A program made the translations under genes and the position numbers. Below are positions 28,745-41,967 of a stretch of DNA of 64,000 nucleotides, in pieces. Position 1 is the stretch's first letter, and each line of letters starts with the position of its first letter. This stretch comes from Octopus vulgaris (taxonomy: Eukaryota): positions 10,540,001 to 10,604,000 of the forward strand of contig OX597827.1 in the NCBI GenBank assembly GCA_951406725.2, in the 5' to 3' direction. Under the pieces are notes generated by a model, which saw only the letters and a list, made by a program, of their open reading frames with translations, was not told where the DNA came from and did not search any database.

Positions 28745-29453
28745 CCCTTTAGCATTCAGGCTACACTATCAAATGTTATGCTAATTTATTCACATTGTTT
28801 TGAATTAATCATGCATTATCTTGTAGCTTCAAGATTTCAGATAATGTGATTCTTTACCTTTAGAATGACATTGTAATAATAATAATAATATATAATAATA
28901 ATGAAATTATTGTATACAGTGCTCAGGTGCACCACAACTTGTCAAAAGTGCTTATAAAGCATATGCAGTAATGTACAAATGTCTGGAAAGTGAACAGTGT
29001 ATGAGTCAGATACATGCTTGCATGTGTATGGAGGGGAGAAAATCAGGTGTAGTGTTGGTGATTCTCAGGAAGCATGGAAGTTTTGAAGAATGCAGTGCTC
29101 CGACAACTAACAACTGATGCCAGCAGTTTGTTCCAAGCTTCAGCAACTCTTAGCATGAAAAACTGTTTCCGAAAGTCATGGGAGCTGTGCTGTTTTCTGA
29201 CATTGTTAACATGTCCATGGGTGTTAGACGGGTGGAGTTTGAAAAGGTGCTCAGAATTATTGTTAGTAAAATGGTTAATAATTTTATGGGTGTCTGCCAA
29301 GCCAGCTGCCAGATGTCGGAGTTTCAATGTATCCATGCCCAGGGAAGTAAGGCGTTCAGAATATGGCAAATGCCAGAGGCCACATCTCACTGGTTTGAAC
29401 TAAAAACAGGTAGAATATTCAGGCTGGATAAGGCCAGTTTAAATGCAAAAGGG
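28745..29453. mobile_element. piggyBac-type MITE interrupted by a LINE 3' end
   Basis: TTAA-ccctttagcatt ... aatgcaaaaggg-TTAA. Confidence 0.8.
28875..29375 (-). pseudogene. 5'-truncated CR1-group LINE (ORF2 C-terminus, 3' UTR, (ATT)n tail)
   Basis: PYSERLTSLGMDTLKLR..DTHKII..THGH..RKQFFMLRVAEAWNKL..VVS..FK matches the CR1 ORF2 C-terminal pattern. Confidence 0.82.
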
Positions 29454-30240
29454 TTAAATTCACTACAACTGCAACCCTGCTACACACAGAATTCGGTGGA
29501 TACAACTGCTCGATTTTTCCCTATTAATATCAAAACTTCAGCGAGAAACCAATCTGATTCAGGTCAACAAGCAGTCAAAATGCCAAAGAACTGTCATTGA
29601 TCCCGAGGTTATCAGAAATTTCTATGAGTTCAATAATCATTTATGGAAAGCTTTACAATTCCAGTTTAAGCTTCTTGTTGTATGAAGCAGGCTGATCCGA
29701 GACAAAAGATCAAACTCCCATTTTAACATATTTAATTATTTATGGAGAATGTAAATTAATGAATATTGATAACTAAAAAAAAAAAAAATAAAAAACAAAA
29801 AAAAATTTGCAGTTTCATTCTGCAGCAACATTCCATTGTTGATTTTTCTCAGAGGACTTTCCACTTTTCAATTTTTATTTCTCTTGGATTTTCTCCATAT
29901 TGGATAACTCTCAGGTGTATATGCATGTTTTTTTAAAATTTATTTTGTCTTCTGTTATTGTTATATGTGATGTTTGGGAATAAATGCAATCTGGAGTTGC
30001 ACATGCACATGCAAAAAAAAACCAAACATATACATACACATATATACTAATATAAATATATATATATAATGTGTGTGTGTATGTGTGTATAGGTATGTAT
30101 ATGTGTGTATACACACACAAACACACATATACGTATGTATATATATACGCATGCATGTATGTATATGTGTGTTTCTTTGCATGTGTCTTTGTGTGTATAC
30201 ATCTTTACATGTAGTTATTCATACACGTATATATGCAAGT

Positions 30241-30400
<160 letters not shown>

Positions 30401-31114
30401 GTGCACACACACACATGTAAATATGCATATATATCAGATCCATGCATTCCCATACATACACACATATATTAATCTATAATTCCATATTAAGTTTCCCCGA
30501 AAACTTTTTCTATCTCCTCTAACGACATTATGTTAATTATTACCTAGTGTGATAATTTCTCTGAATGTCAAATGTTAGCCACTCATAAACATTTTTTATT
30601 GCAGCAAATAAAACATCATTTGCTTTTTTATTATTAAACAACTGTGCTCTCTTGCAGCACCTCTGGGAGAAACAGAACCAGGGGGAACAAAAACGACTTC
30701 TCACCAACTGTTTATTTGTTCAGGACATCCTTCGGGGAATTTTAACTTTTCTCATGACTAAAAGACAACCCTTAGAGAATATTGAAAATTACATATTCAT
30801 TATCTTAATGTGATTAGATAAAAGTAATAGATACAATGATTTTCATCTAAAAAGCACCATATTTTAAAAAAAATATCCTTCCTTCCTTCCTTCTCTCTCT
30901 CTCTCTCTCTCATAAACATTGACTTTAAATGTAAACTCTTTCTCTCTCCATACCCCTCTCATGGGCATCCCCACTCATGCCCATACAACTATGTAAGTAT
31001 AGAACTTAAAACTAAGAGACAGACAGACAGACCTAAAGCTGTTTACTCCAGGCCTGTTATTTTCTGTATTCATACTGAGATATAATCTCTAATAGATGAA
31101 CTGTGTTAAAAACA

Positions 31115-31440
31115 CAGCTCAGTGGTTAGAGCAATCATGAAGTAATGAGAGTTCAATTTCCGGACTAGGCTGTGTGTTGTGTTCTTGAGCAAGACACTTT
31201 ATTTCAAAGTACTCCAGTTCCCTCATCTGTAGAAACAAGTTGTAACGTCACTGGTGCCAAAATGTATTGGCCTTTGTCTTTCCCTTGAATAACATCAGTA
31301 GTGTGGAGTGGGAAGGGTTGTATGCATGGGTGACTGCTGCTCTTCCATAAACAACCTTGTCCAGACTTCTGCCTTAGAGGGGAAATTTCTAGGTGCAATC
31401 CCATGGTCATTCATGACCGAAGGGGGTCTTTACTCTTACC
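31115..31440 (+). mobile_element. Diverged tRNA-headed CORE-like SINE
   Basis: agctcagtggttagagc A-box, gagttcaatttcc B-box, gttgtgttcttgagcaagacacttta. Confidence 0.65.
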
Positions 31441-31554
31441 CTTTACCCTTTATAGTAGGGAGGCAAAAATTACCCCAGCAGTGGCCAACAACAATACAAG
31501 TTGCATTTTTGGTTCTTTTGAGCCTTCTCAATGACATGTATGACTTGATGTAGG

Positions 31555-31765
31555 GAGGACATGGCACTGAAGAGGTCATGAGTGACAATTAAGAGGTCAT
31601 GAGTGACAACAAAAGTACTTTGACAAACCTGATTGATTGATTGATTAACTGAATGATTAATCAAACAATTGATTAGCTACTAAGTTAAATAGTTAATCAA
31701 TTAACTAATAAAGACAAAGAAGTGAAATTGAACCAGTGCTTGTGTTTATTATTGATGTAACGTTC
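31555..31765. repeat. Unclassified dispersed repeat, homologous to ~35925-36110
   Basis: Shared aagtactttga..ctgattgatt..acaattgatt..gaagtgaa.tt.aac..tttattattg. Confidence 0.55.
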
Positions 31766-32286
31766 CTACCAAGGTACAGCAAAATTAGTATCAACACACA
31801 AGTTAATATCAAGAATATTGGCAACCAAGTACAAAAAAAGACAAAATAATTATTATATTGATTAACATCTTAGTTCCTTATTTGATTTTTTGATTATTTG
31901 TTATAATTATTTTATTTGTTTTTCTTCTTTTTGCATAGTTTGTAGATAAGTTAGAATCATCTGTCTAATTAACAAATATTATCTAAATAATATAAAATAA
32001 TATAAAAGATAAAGGCAGCTTTTACAAAAGAAATTAAGTATCAGTCTTAATTAACATCAGATTTATTACAAATTGCTAAACATTTGCCTTCTCTTAAAGA
32101 TTTTTAATTAACTGAATTATCACATAGTTTCTCATCGTTTACAGGTAATTAATTCTGTAAAGCATTGTAGGGTAAGAAAGAACAAGAAAGTGATTCTCTA
32201 GATTAATAAATTACCAAATAAATATACTTCAAACCTATTCTTTGTCATAAAATATACTTCAAAGTAAACAGTGCAAATGCCTAATT

Positions 32287-32696
32287 CTTTTACTCTTTTC
32301 TCTTTTACTTGTTTCAGTCATTTGACTGCAGCCATGCTGGAGCACCGCCTTTAGTCGAGCAAATCGACCCCAGGACTTATTCTTTGTAAGCCCAGTACTT
32401 ATTCTATCGGTCTCTTTTGCTGAACCGCTAAGTGACGGGGACGTAAACACACCAGCATCAGTTGTCAAGCAATGCTAGGGGGACAAACACAGACACACAT
32501 ACACACACGCACATACATATATATACATATATACGACGGGCTTCTTTCAGTTTCCGTCTACCAAATCCACTCACAAGGCATTGGTCAGCCTGGGGCTATA
32601 GCAGAAGACACTTGCCCAAGATGCCACGCAGTGGGACTGAACCCGGAACCATGTGGTTGGTTAGCAAGCTACTTACCACACAGCCACTCCTGCGCC
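32287..32696 (-). mobile_element. SINE family A
   Basis: Consensus match. Confidence 0.9.
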
Positions 32697-33409
32697 TAAG
32701 TTTTATTTATTTCTGTTTTTTTTTTATTCTATTCATTTTATTTATTCATTTTATTTATTTTGTATGCTTTTACTTGTTTTAGCCATTGAAGCTAGAGTGC
32801 ATCCATGCTGGGGCATTGCCCTCAAGGGTTTGGTGAAACAAATAGACCTCATATTTATTATTAAGTTTGGTGTTTATTCTATCAGCCCCTTTTGCCAAAC
32901 CACCAAACTGTAAGGAACTAAAGAAATTAGCACCAGTTGACAAGTGGTGTGTGTGAGTGTGTGGTGGAAGGGAACAAAGACAAACATTCACATGCATACA
33001 CACACATGCACAGTGTATATGTGTACATATACACATGATAGGCTTCCATATAGTTTCCATCGACCAAATTCACTCACAAAGTACTGGCTAGCCTGAGGCT
33101 AAAGCAGAAGACATTTGCCTAAGATGGCATGCAGTGTGACTGAACCCAAAACCTTGTGGTTGTAAAGCAGGGATCTTAACCATGCAGTCATGATTGCATC
33201 TATTTATTTGTAACTTATTTTTAATGATTTCATCTGGACCTTTTTCGGGGTCTCTGTTTTTGTGATAAATTAAAAGAAAGATGAAAGTTATTGATGATCT
33301 GAAAAGCAGCATGGATTCAGTTAAAGGCAACCAAGAGTGGCCCCTATCCAAAGACTTGAACTCACTCTCCTTGTTAGAGTTGCAAATGAGGAATACATTA
33401 GAATACATA

Positions 33410-33818
33410 GGCGCAGGAGTGGCTGTGTGGTAAGTAGCTTGTTTACCAACCACATGGTTCCGGGTTCAGTCCCACTGCATGGCACCTTGGGCAAGTGTCT
33501 TCTACTATAGCCTTGAGCCGACCAAAGCCTTGTGAGTGGATTTGGTAGACGGAAACTGAAAGAAGCCCGTCGTATATATATATATATATATATATATATG
33601 CCTGTGTGTTTGTGTGTCTGTGTTTGTCTCCCTAGCATTGCTTGACAACCGATGCTGGTGTGTTTATGTCCCCGTTACTTAGCGGTTCGGCAAAAGAGAC
33701 CGATAGAATAAGTACTGGGCTTACAAAAGAATAAGTCCCGGGGTCGAGTTGCTCAATTAAAGGCGGTGCTTCAGCATGGCCGCAGTCAAATGACTGAAAC
33801 AAGTAAAAGAGTAAAGAG
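33410..33818 (+). mobile_element. SINE family A
   Basis: Consensus match. Confidence 0.9.
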
Positions 33819-33987
33819 AGAAACCAAAGGGTACTCAAAGTCTGTGCAAGAAATCTCTACTACAAGATAATGGTAAATTATCAGCAATACACTTTCCTAC
33901 AGTGCTGAGCTATGCTACAATGCATTATCTTTTTACATATAGGTTGTTGTTGTTGCTGTTGTTGTTGTTGCTGTTGCTGTTGATGTT

Positions 33988-34368
33988 GAGCGAAGCGGTC
34001 TTCGTCCCAGAGCTCGCAAGACCACGCATCTGTAGTGGGAGAAGTCCGAAACGTGGTCCTTTGCTATTCATAAGACCCGCAGAAGAGAAAGCGGGTCAAC
34101 CCCCGACACCGAGAGCATCGATGGATGAATGAATGTGCATCCAGCCTCAGTGGTTGCGTAGGAAGTCGGGGACAAGAAACAAGAAGAAAGAGTGAGAGAA
34201 AGTTGGGGCGAAAGAGTACAACAGGGGTTGCCACCACCCTCTACCAGAGCCTCGTGGAGTTTTAGGTGATTTTGCTCAATAAACACACACAATGCCTAGT
34301 CTGGGAATCGAAACCCTGATCCTCCAAACGCGAGTCCGCTGCCCTAACCATTGGGCCATTGCGCCTCC
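33988..34368 (-). mobile_element. SINE family C (tail type iii) inserted in a (GTT/GCT)n tract
   Basis: Minus strand ggaggcgcaatggcccaatggttagggcagcggactcg head; matches 229-580. Confidence 0.88.
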
Positions 34369-34650
34369 TGTTGTTGCTGTTGTTGTTGTTTGACCCCATG
34401 TTTGAGTTAGTCCCCTCTGATCAAAGACATTCCAACTTAGTCTAATCTATCATTTTAGCTGTAACTGGGGCTACATTATCTAATGTGTCCCATTCTTTCT
34501 TAAGATACTTATTTCCCACTTTTCATGGAGGTTGGTTGCTATCTCTAGTCAGATGATCAACCACAGAGAGTGTCCCTCATTATTTCCAGTGATAAAGGAT
34601 AAGCATAGAAAAGTGGTCATGCCATGCTGACTCCTTTGTTATTTTTTTAA

Positions 34651-34869
34651 CCCTTTAGTGTTCAGATTATTCAATCAAACATAATGCCTATTGATTCCCA
34701 TTGATTTGAATTAATCATGCATTATCTCATATCTTCAAGATCTTGATGGTGTGATTACCTAATGTAGAATAACATTGTAGGGTAGGTGTGAGAGCCTGGA
34801 TCTGGTCAGTTTGAACATAAAACAGATTAACTATTTTGGCCGGATACAGCCGGTTTAAATACTAAAGAG
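34651..34869. mobile_element. piggyBac-type MITE
   Basis: TTAA-ccctttagtg ... tactaaagag-TTAA. Confidence 0.78.
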
Positions 34870-36819
34870 TTAAATACCCTTATTGATTTCACCATCCCTA
34901 CTTTCTTCTCAATGAAAGACAAGCATATTTTATCCCTGGTGTTTTGTTACCCATACCAGCACTACCTGCCTCTGTGCCCATTACACAATTCAGTTATTTA
35001 GTTAACTCACTTCTTTAATTGATATCTGTTCAAAGACAAGCTAAAGTCATGTTGTAAACTATATATGATGATAACTATGTAACATGATATATTTTTCAAC
35101 CAGCTCATTTATTTCAATTGTAATGGAATTGGTTACATAATAAATTTAAAATTTATAGAAAATTAACGTCTTTTATGGCAATACATTTAGCTTTTTTTAG
35201 AATATATTCAAAATTTTCACAAAATTCTAGAATAGAATTAAATGCTTTCAGTTTGATTCAATTCAATTTTTTGCTTCTTTTTTTTTCTGATTTATTTTTA
35301 TTTTTTTACTTTTTGCTTGAATCATCGATGGAGAAAATATTCTCTAATTAGAGACATATTGACAACATTAAGAATACATATATATATATATATAACATAT
35401 TTTTCTTGAATATATTTAATGCAAACTGTAAACTATCGCAAGAAAATAAAACTATGCAATTTTTCTTCATATTTTGATACAACATGGGAAATGGTGAATT
35501 CCTCCTAAACAGACAGACATGAAGTAAAATTGATATACTCAACTACATCTTAAATTGCTGTTGTGTACTTAAAACAAACGGGTCTGTAATTGTGAGGGGC
35601 CAGTGAGGTATACAATTTTTCTTAAATCAACACTACATTCCATGGTTGGCAAAGCCAGAAAAAGGAGTCAGTCAGCGGCTGACACTCGCTGACGATACAT
35701 CAAAGAGGCCAGGGAACAGAAGAAAGAAGACATGCACCCAACAACAGAGCTGAAGACACCTCCGAAGGTGGGGGCACCACGTCAAAACAGTAGAGGAGTA
35801 GGGGTTGAAACTGGACGTGGTTCCTCCTGATGATGTCTTGATCCTATAAAGGAGCTGTTGTGGTAGGAGACCAAGAAACACGGTTGTAATTCCCCTAATT
35901 AAAGATGAAATTTGTTTTTCTTTAGGGCATGTCATTAAGGAGGCTACAAATGATAATGAAGGTACTTTGATACATAACTGACTGATTGATTAGCTAAATG
36001 ATTAATTGAACAATTGATTGGTTTATAGGTTAAATTGTTAAATAGTTAAATTTATGAATAATATAGAAGTGAAGTTAAACTAATGCATGTATTTATTATT
36101 GGTATAGTGACTGTCTTAAGCTAAAACAAAAATGTATTTTGGATTTTAAAAAAAGATTGATTCTATTCTGTTGGAAATCAAACTCCTTACTTTTGTATCT
36201 CCTTTCTTTTGTATCTCTAGGGATTCTTATGCAAAATAAGAATGCCTCATTGAATCTTAACCTTTCACTCTGAAAAAATGGAGAGATATTAACAAAAAGA
36301 AAACAAAATTAGAAAAATATGAACTGCTTAGCTTTGAATGTTTTTCCATAATAATGTTAGATGTCACTTTTAATATAGCATTGGATGTTTCCACCAGCTT
36401 CATGTTTGCTTGGCTTCGGAGATAAGCAAACCCAAATTGTTTTATGCTATTTTTCATATAATTACCTCCCTAGAACCAAATCTAGTTTGATAGTTGTTGT
36501 TATTGTTGTTACTGTTGTTATTGTTGCTAAGCCCCATTTCAGCATTTATTGACAATTAAAGCCATTTTAGGCATGATCATCCTGCATTTTCTTTCAAACA
36601 TGATATATCCCAAACAACATAGGTCTAATGTGTTCTTTTTGTAAAAAAATAGGGAAAAATTTGGTGGAGATTTGACTTCTATTTCTGTAAGTTCAAATGC
36701 TCATGCAAAAACCGCTTTCACTGCCTCATCTTCCTTTCAATGTGACGATATGATAAATCTGAATTGCTTGTAGTGTTGGTTCCATATAAATAAATACAAG
36801 GTAAATATTTTTGCAAATA

Positions 36820-38012
36820 TCCAGTCCACACTATAAAGTGGTTGGTATTAAGAAGGGCATCCAGTGGTATCTCAGTGGTAAGAGCATCTGTCAGTGGTAA
36901 GAGCATCGCTCAGTGGTAGGAGCATCGCTCAGTGGTAAGAGCATCGCTCAGTGGTAAGAGCATTGCTCAGTGGTAAGAGCATCGCTCAGTGGTAAGAGCA
37001 TTGCTCAGTGGTAAGAGAATCACTCAGTGGTAAGAGCATCGCTCAGTGGTAAGAGCATTGCTCAGTGGTAAGAGCATCACTCAGTGGTAAGAGCATCGCT
37101 CAGTGGTAAGAGCATCGCTCAGTGGTAAGAGCATCGCTCAGTGGTAAGAGCATCGCTCAGTGGTAAGAGCATCGCTCAGTGGTAAGAGCATTGCTCAGTG
37201 GTAAGAGCATCGCTCAGTGGTAAGAGCATTGCTCAGTGGTAAGAGCATCGCTCAGTGGTAAGAGCATTGCTCAGTGGTAAGAGCATCGCTCAGTGGTAAG
37301 AGCATTGCTCAGTGGTAAGAGCATCGCTCAGTGGTAAGAGCATCGCTCAGTGGTAAGAGCATCGCTCAGTGATAAGAGCATTGCTCAGTGGTAAGGGCAT
37401 CGCTCAGTGATAAGAGCATCGCTCAGTGGTAAGAGCATCGCTCAGTGGTAAGAGCATTGCTCAGTGGTAAGAGCATCGCTCAGTGGTAAGAGCATTGCTC
37501 AGTGGTAAGAGCATTGCTCAGTGGTAAGAGCATCACTCAGTGGTAAGAGCATCACTCAGTGGTAAGAGCATCACTCAGTGGTAAGAGCATCGCTCAGTGG
37601 TAAGAGCATCGCTCAGTGGTAAGAGCATCGCTCAGTGGTAAGAGCATCGCTCAGTGGTAAGAGCATCGCTCAGTGGTAAGAGCATTGCTCAGTGGTAAGA
37701 GCATTGCTCAGTGGTAAGAGCATTGCTCAGTGGTAAGAGCATCACTCAGTGGTAAGAGCATTGCTCAGTGGTAAGAGCATCGCTCAGTGGTAAGAGCATC
37801 GCTCAGTGGTAAGAGCATCGCTCAGTGGTAAGAGCATTGCTCAGTGGTAAGAGCATCGCTCAGTGGTAAGAGCATCGCTCAGTGGTAAGAGCATCGCTCA
37901 GTTGCCAAAACAGACACAGAAGTCTGGTGCAGGCTCCAGCTTGGCCAGATCCTGTCAAACACATGCCAGGATGGAAGGCTGACATTAAACAATGATGATG
38001 ATGATGATGATG
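36820..38012 (+). mobile_element. Family D retroposon split by a 19-bp tandem array
   Basis: Left: cactataaagtggttggtattaagaagggcatccag; right: tgccaaaacagacacagaagtctggtgcag...gacattaaac(gat)n. Confidence 0.75.
36871..37902. repeat. Minisatellite, ~54 copies of the 19-bp unit GCTCAGTGGTAAGAGCATC
   Basis: Read directly; no spacers; variation almost only at the CpG (CG/TG/CA). Confidence 0.97.
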
Positions 38013-38057
38013 AGAGGCATGATTATTAAATAAACATCAGAATATTTCTGGGACTTA

Positions 38058-38959
38058 CAGTGTGTCCCAGAAAGATGATATTTCTTAATTACTAAAAATA
38101 TATTTAAGGTAGGATAATGAAATTTGGCACACATGTTCTAATGTAAATTGTCAATCCATTGCAGTAATCACATTTTAAAATGATCACCTTTCGCCTTGAT
38201 CATAGCCTGCAAACAAGTGGTCACTGAAATTGCATGAATGTTGTACCACCTCTTCATCCAACTTGACCCCTGAAGACAGAAGTGTTTTCTTCAGATCTGA
38301 TACATTTTAATAGGAGCAAGCAGAAACATTGCTCTCTAAGATGGACCAGATAACAAAGTCCAATCTGATCCCGTTTTGCTTTCGACACCACGTTTGTTTA
38401 CAAACCTGTTACAGATGAACAAAAACAATAGAGGCATGAACAAAAGACATATGTACATCTTTATGTAAAATACAGGCGCAGGAGTGGCTGTGTGGTAAGT
38501 AGCTTGTTTCCCAACCACATGGTTCCGGGTTCAGTCCCACTGTGTGGCATCTTGGGCAAGTGTCTTCTGCTATAGCCTCGGGCCGACCAAAGCCTTGTGA
38601 GTGGATTTGGTAGACAGAAACTGAAAGAAGCCTGTCATATATATGTATATATATGTATGTGTGTGTGTGTGTGTATGTTTGTGTGTCTGTGTTTGTCCCC
38701 CTAGCATTGCTTGACAACCGATGGTGGTGTGTTTACGTCCCCATCACTTAGCGGTTCGGCAAAAATAATTCGATAGAATAAGTACTGGGCTTACAAAGAA
38801 TAAGTCCCGGGGTCGATTTGCTCGACTAAAGGCGGTGCTCCAGCATGGCCGCAGTCAAATGACTGAAACAAGTAAAAGAGTAAAAGAGTATAGCATTACC
38901 TGAACTGATATTCTTTAGGAAGAGCTTTAAATAGGGATAAATCATTTTGGGACTCCCTG
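38058..38959 (-). mobile_element. Internally deleted Tc1/mariner (maT/DD37D-like) element with a nested SINE
   Basis: TA-cagtgtgtcccagaaa ... ttttgggactccctg-TA TIRs; minus-strand LDFVIWSILESNV..VSDLKKTL..LQAMIKAKGDHF transposase C-terminus. Confidence 0.72.
38475..38889 (+). mobile_element. SINE family A
   Basis: Consensus match; variant aaaaataattcgatag. Confidence 0.9.
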
Positions 38960-39096
38960 TATTTTATACATACAAACAAATCAAGATGGACAAAAGACCA
39001 TTTACATTTATTTAGTTTTATCCAAAAGTCGCTACTATAATGCATTGTTTAGAAGAGTGCTTTGCTGCTTGTATCAAACTGAGGCCCTTGAAGTGT

Positions 39097-39485
39097 TCTC
39101 TTTTACTCTTTTACTTGTTTCAGTCTTTTGACTGCAGCCATGCTGGAGCACCACCTTTAGTTGAGAAAATCAACCCCCAGGACTTATTCTTTGTAAGCCT
39201 AGTATTTATTCTATTGGGCTCTTTTGCCTAACCGCTAAGTTACGGGGATGCAAACACACCAGCATCGAATGTCGAGCAATGTTGGGGGGACAAACACAGA
39301 CACACAAACACACACACATACATATATATACATATATATGACAGGCTTCTTTCAGTTTCCGTCTACCAAATCCACTCACAAGGCTTTGGTCAGCCCGAGG
39401 CTATAGTAGAAGACACTTGCCCAAGGTGCCACGCAGTGAGACTGAACCCGGAACCATGTGGTTGGTAAGCAAGCTACTTACCACA
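39097..39485 (-). mobile_element. SINE family A
   Basis: Consensus match; extreme head missing. Confidence 0.88.
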
Positions 39486-39799
39486 CTTACCAGAGATTAG
39501 ATAAACAGTTACTAAAAATAGTATTGGGCTCCTCATTATAGTTGCAACCCAAGGGAACCTATAAAATTTTAATTCCTACACGGGTGTGTGTGATCTGTCA
39601 TTGTCCGCAATCTGTGGATGAATTGCTAATCAAGGGAACAAAATAAAAGTTAATATTGTCATCAAATTTAAGATGTGTGTCATTTTAAATGCATAGAATG
39701 GTAGAGGAGGTAAACATTATGATGATGATGATGATGATGATTTTGATGACAACGATGATGACAGCGATGTTGGTGATGATGATGGTGGTGGCGGTGGCA

Positions 39800-39830
<31 letters not shown>

Positions 39831-40044
39831 TGATGATGATGATTTTGATGAGGAGGATGTATATAATGACGTTGATGATGACAATGATGATGACAGTGAT
39901 GATGATGATGACTCCAAAGATAAAAATTATGATGACATTGACGATAATAATGATGATGACAACGATGACATGACAACATTTATGATGGTAGTAGTTGTGG
40001 TGGTGGTGGTGCTGGTGCTGGTGTGGAGGAGGAGGAAGGCAAGA

Positions 40045-40076
<32 letters not shown>

Positions 40077-40499
40077 AACGTTGATGACGATGAGGATTAC
40101 AATGATGTGCAACCCCTATAATTACGAACAGCAATGAAGAAGAGAAGAAGAAGAAGAAGAAGAAGAAGAAGAAGATGAAGGATTATTCAGCGCTGAAGAT
40201 GAAGAACTGTGTAATTTTTGATAGAATTTTAATGTTTGAAATGTTTTAAGATTTACTATATAATTGTAATTTTAAAGCCATATAAAAATTTCTACTTCTG
40301 TTTGCACGCATAAATAAAACATGCAAATTCATTTAAATTCGCTGTATTTTTTCCTTTTGGTATTCATAACCTTAACCCTATTGATATCAACTCACTTGAA
40401 ATCTCTGATTCTACAATACAGTAATTCTTGTTTTAAAGAGATCTCAATTAAAGTTTTCCTTCAAAATTCTGTATTATGTTCCATACACCAACTGATTTA

Positions 40500-40732
40500 T
40501 ACTCTTTACTCTTTTACTCTTTTACTTGTTTCAGTCATTTGACTGCGGCCATGCTGGAGCACCGCCTTTAGTCGATCAAATCGACCCCGGGACTTATTCT
40601 TTGTAAGCCCAGTACTTATTCTATCGAATTATTTTTGCCGAACCACTAAGTGATGGGGACGTAAACACACCAGCATCGGTTGTCAAGCGATGCTAGGGGG
40701 ACAAACACAGATACACAAACACACACACACGC

Positions 40733-40765
<33 letters not shown>

Positions 40766-40929
40766 TACGACAGGCTTCTTTCAGTTTCCGTCTACCAAAT
40801 CCACTCACAAGGCATTGGTCGGCCCGGGGCTATAGCAGAAGACACTTGCCCAAGATGCCACGCAGTGGGACTGAACCCGGAACCATGTGGTTGGTTAGCA
40901 AGCTACTTACCACACAGCCACTCCTGCGC
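40500..40929 (-). mobile_element. SINE family A
   Basis: Consensus match; shares the ctatcgaattattttt variant with the 38475 copy. Confidence 0.9.
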
Positions 40930-41447
40930 TTATGACAAAGTTATTTTACTAAAATCTTCATTATTTTCAAAATTAATTTAATCCTTTGACTGTGGAAAGT
41001 GAACATATTTACTCAAAATTTCGTTACCATTAACTGCAGAATGCAATTTTAGTCCCCTAGCCTTCGAGAAAAAAACCCTTTTCTTATACTTCGAGAAGTG
41101 GAAACACCCTCAATGACTCTATTTATAGAAGACACAAAGACTCACACATAGCTGTATACATATATACAATAAGCTTTTTCCAGCTTCCACTACCAAATCC
41201 ACTCACAAGGCTCTGGTTTACTTGAGGCTATAGTAAAAGATACTTGCCCAAGGTGCAACACAGTGGGACTGATCCTGGAACCATGTGGTTGGGAAACAAG
41301 CTTTTTACCACACAACCATGCCATACATATATATATGCAATATCTATGTACAAATATATCAATAGCCCTGGGGCTAGTCAAGAAAGGCACATCGTACTAA
41401 ATGTACAGTCTATAATATACTTTGGGACTATGGAAGGAGCAGCTTCG

Positions 41448-41533
41448 ATTCACTACAGCTGTTTCCAATAAATTTTTAGTTGATTAACGGGGATATTACA
41501 TCGTTATGAAAAAACAATTTTCACCAGGTGAAT
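41448..41533 (-). ncRNA. Hammerhead-like motif (degenerate), left arm of an inverted repeat
   Basis: attcac CTGGTGA ... GAAA cagctg TA gtgaat; 6-bp stem I; palindromic stem III acagctgt. Confidence 0.5.
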
Positions 41534-41617
41534 ACATGAACCACAGCAAGGGTGATATAGTCAAGAAGATGCGCATCCCATTGGCTTTTGAATGTTTTTG
41601 AATGCTGTGGTTCACGG

Positions 41618-41702
41618 ATTCATCTGATGAGAATGGATTTTTCTAATGATGTTATGTCTCCATCAATCAATTACAAATGTGTTGGAAACAGCTGTAGCGA
41701 AT
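41618..41702 (+). ncRNA. Hammerhead-like motif, right arm of an inverted repeat
   Basis: attcat CTGATGA ... GAAA cagctg TA gcgaat; stem II long and degenerate. Confidence 0.5.
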
Positions 41703-41967
41703 TGACACATTATCCATATGTACAAAAAATATATACACATGCACATACATACATATAAATACACATATATGCATGTATACACACACAACACACTCACGCA
41801 CAAGCAAATGTTAGGCTTCCACACATTTTCCATTTACTAAATCCACTCACAAGGTATTGATTGACTGAGGGTTATAGTAGAAGTCGCTTTCCCAGGTGCC
41901 ACACAGTAAGACTGAACCTGTGGTTACAAAGCAAGATTCTTAACCACATACCCATGCCTGCTCCTAT

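Noticed and set aside
36871-37902. CRISPR array or tRNA gene cluster
   Set aside because: Units are contiguous with no unique spacers, no cas genes are present and the context is eukaryotic; only a D-arm-like motif is present, with no T-arm, B-box or acceptor stem.
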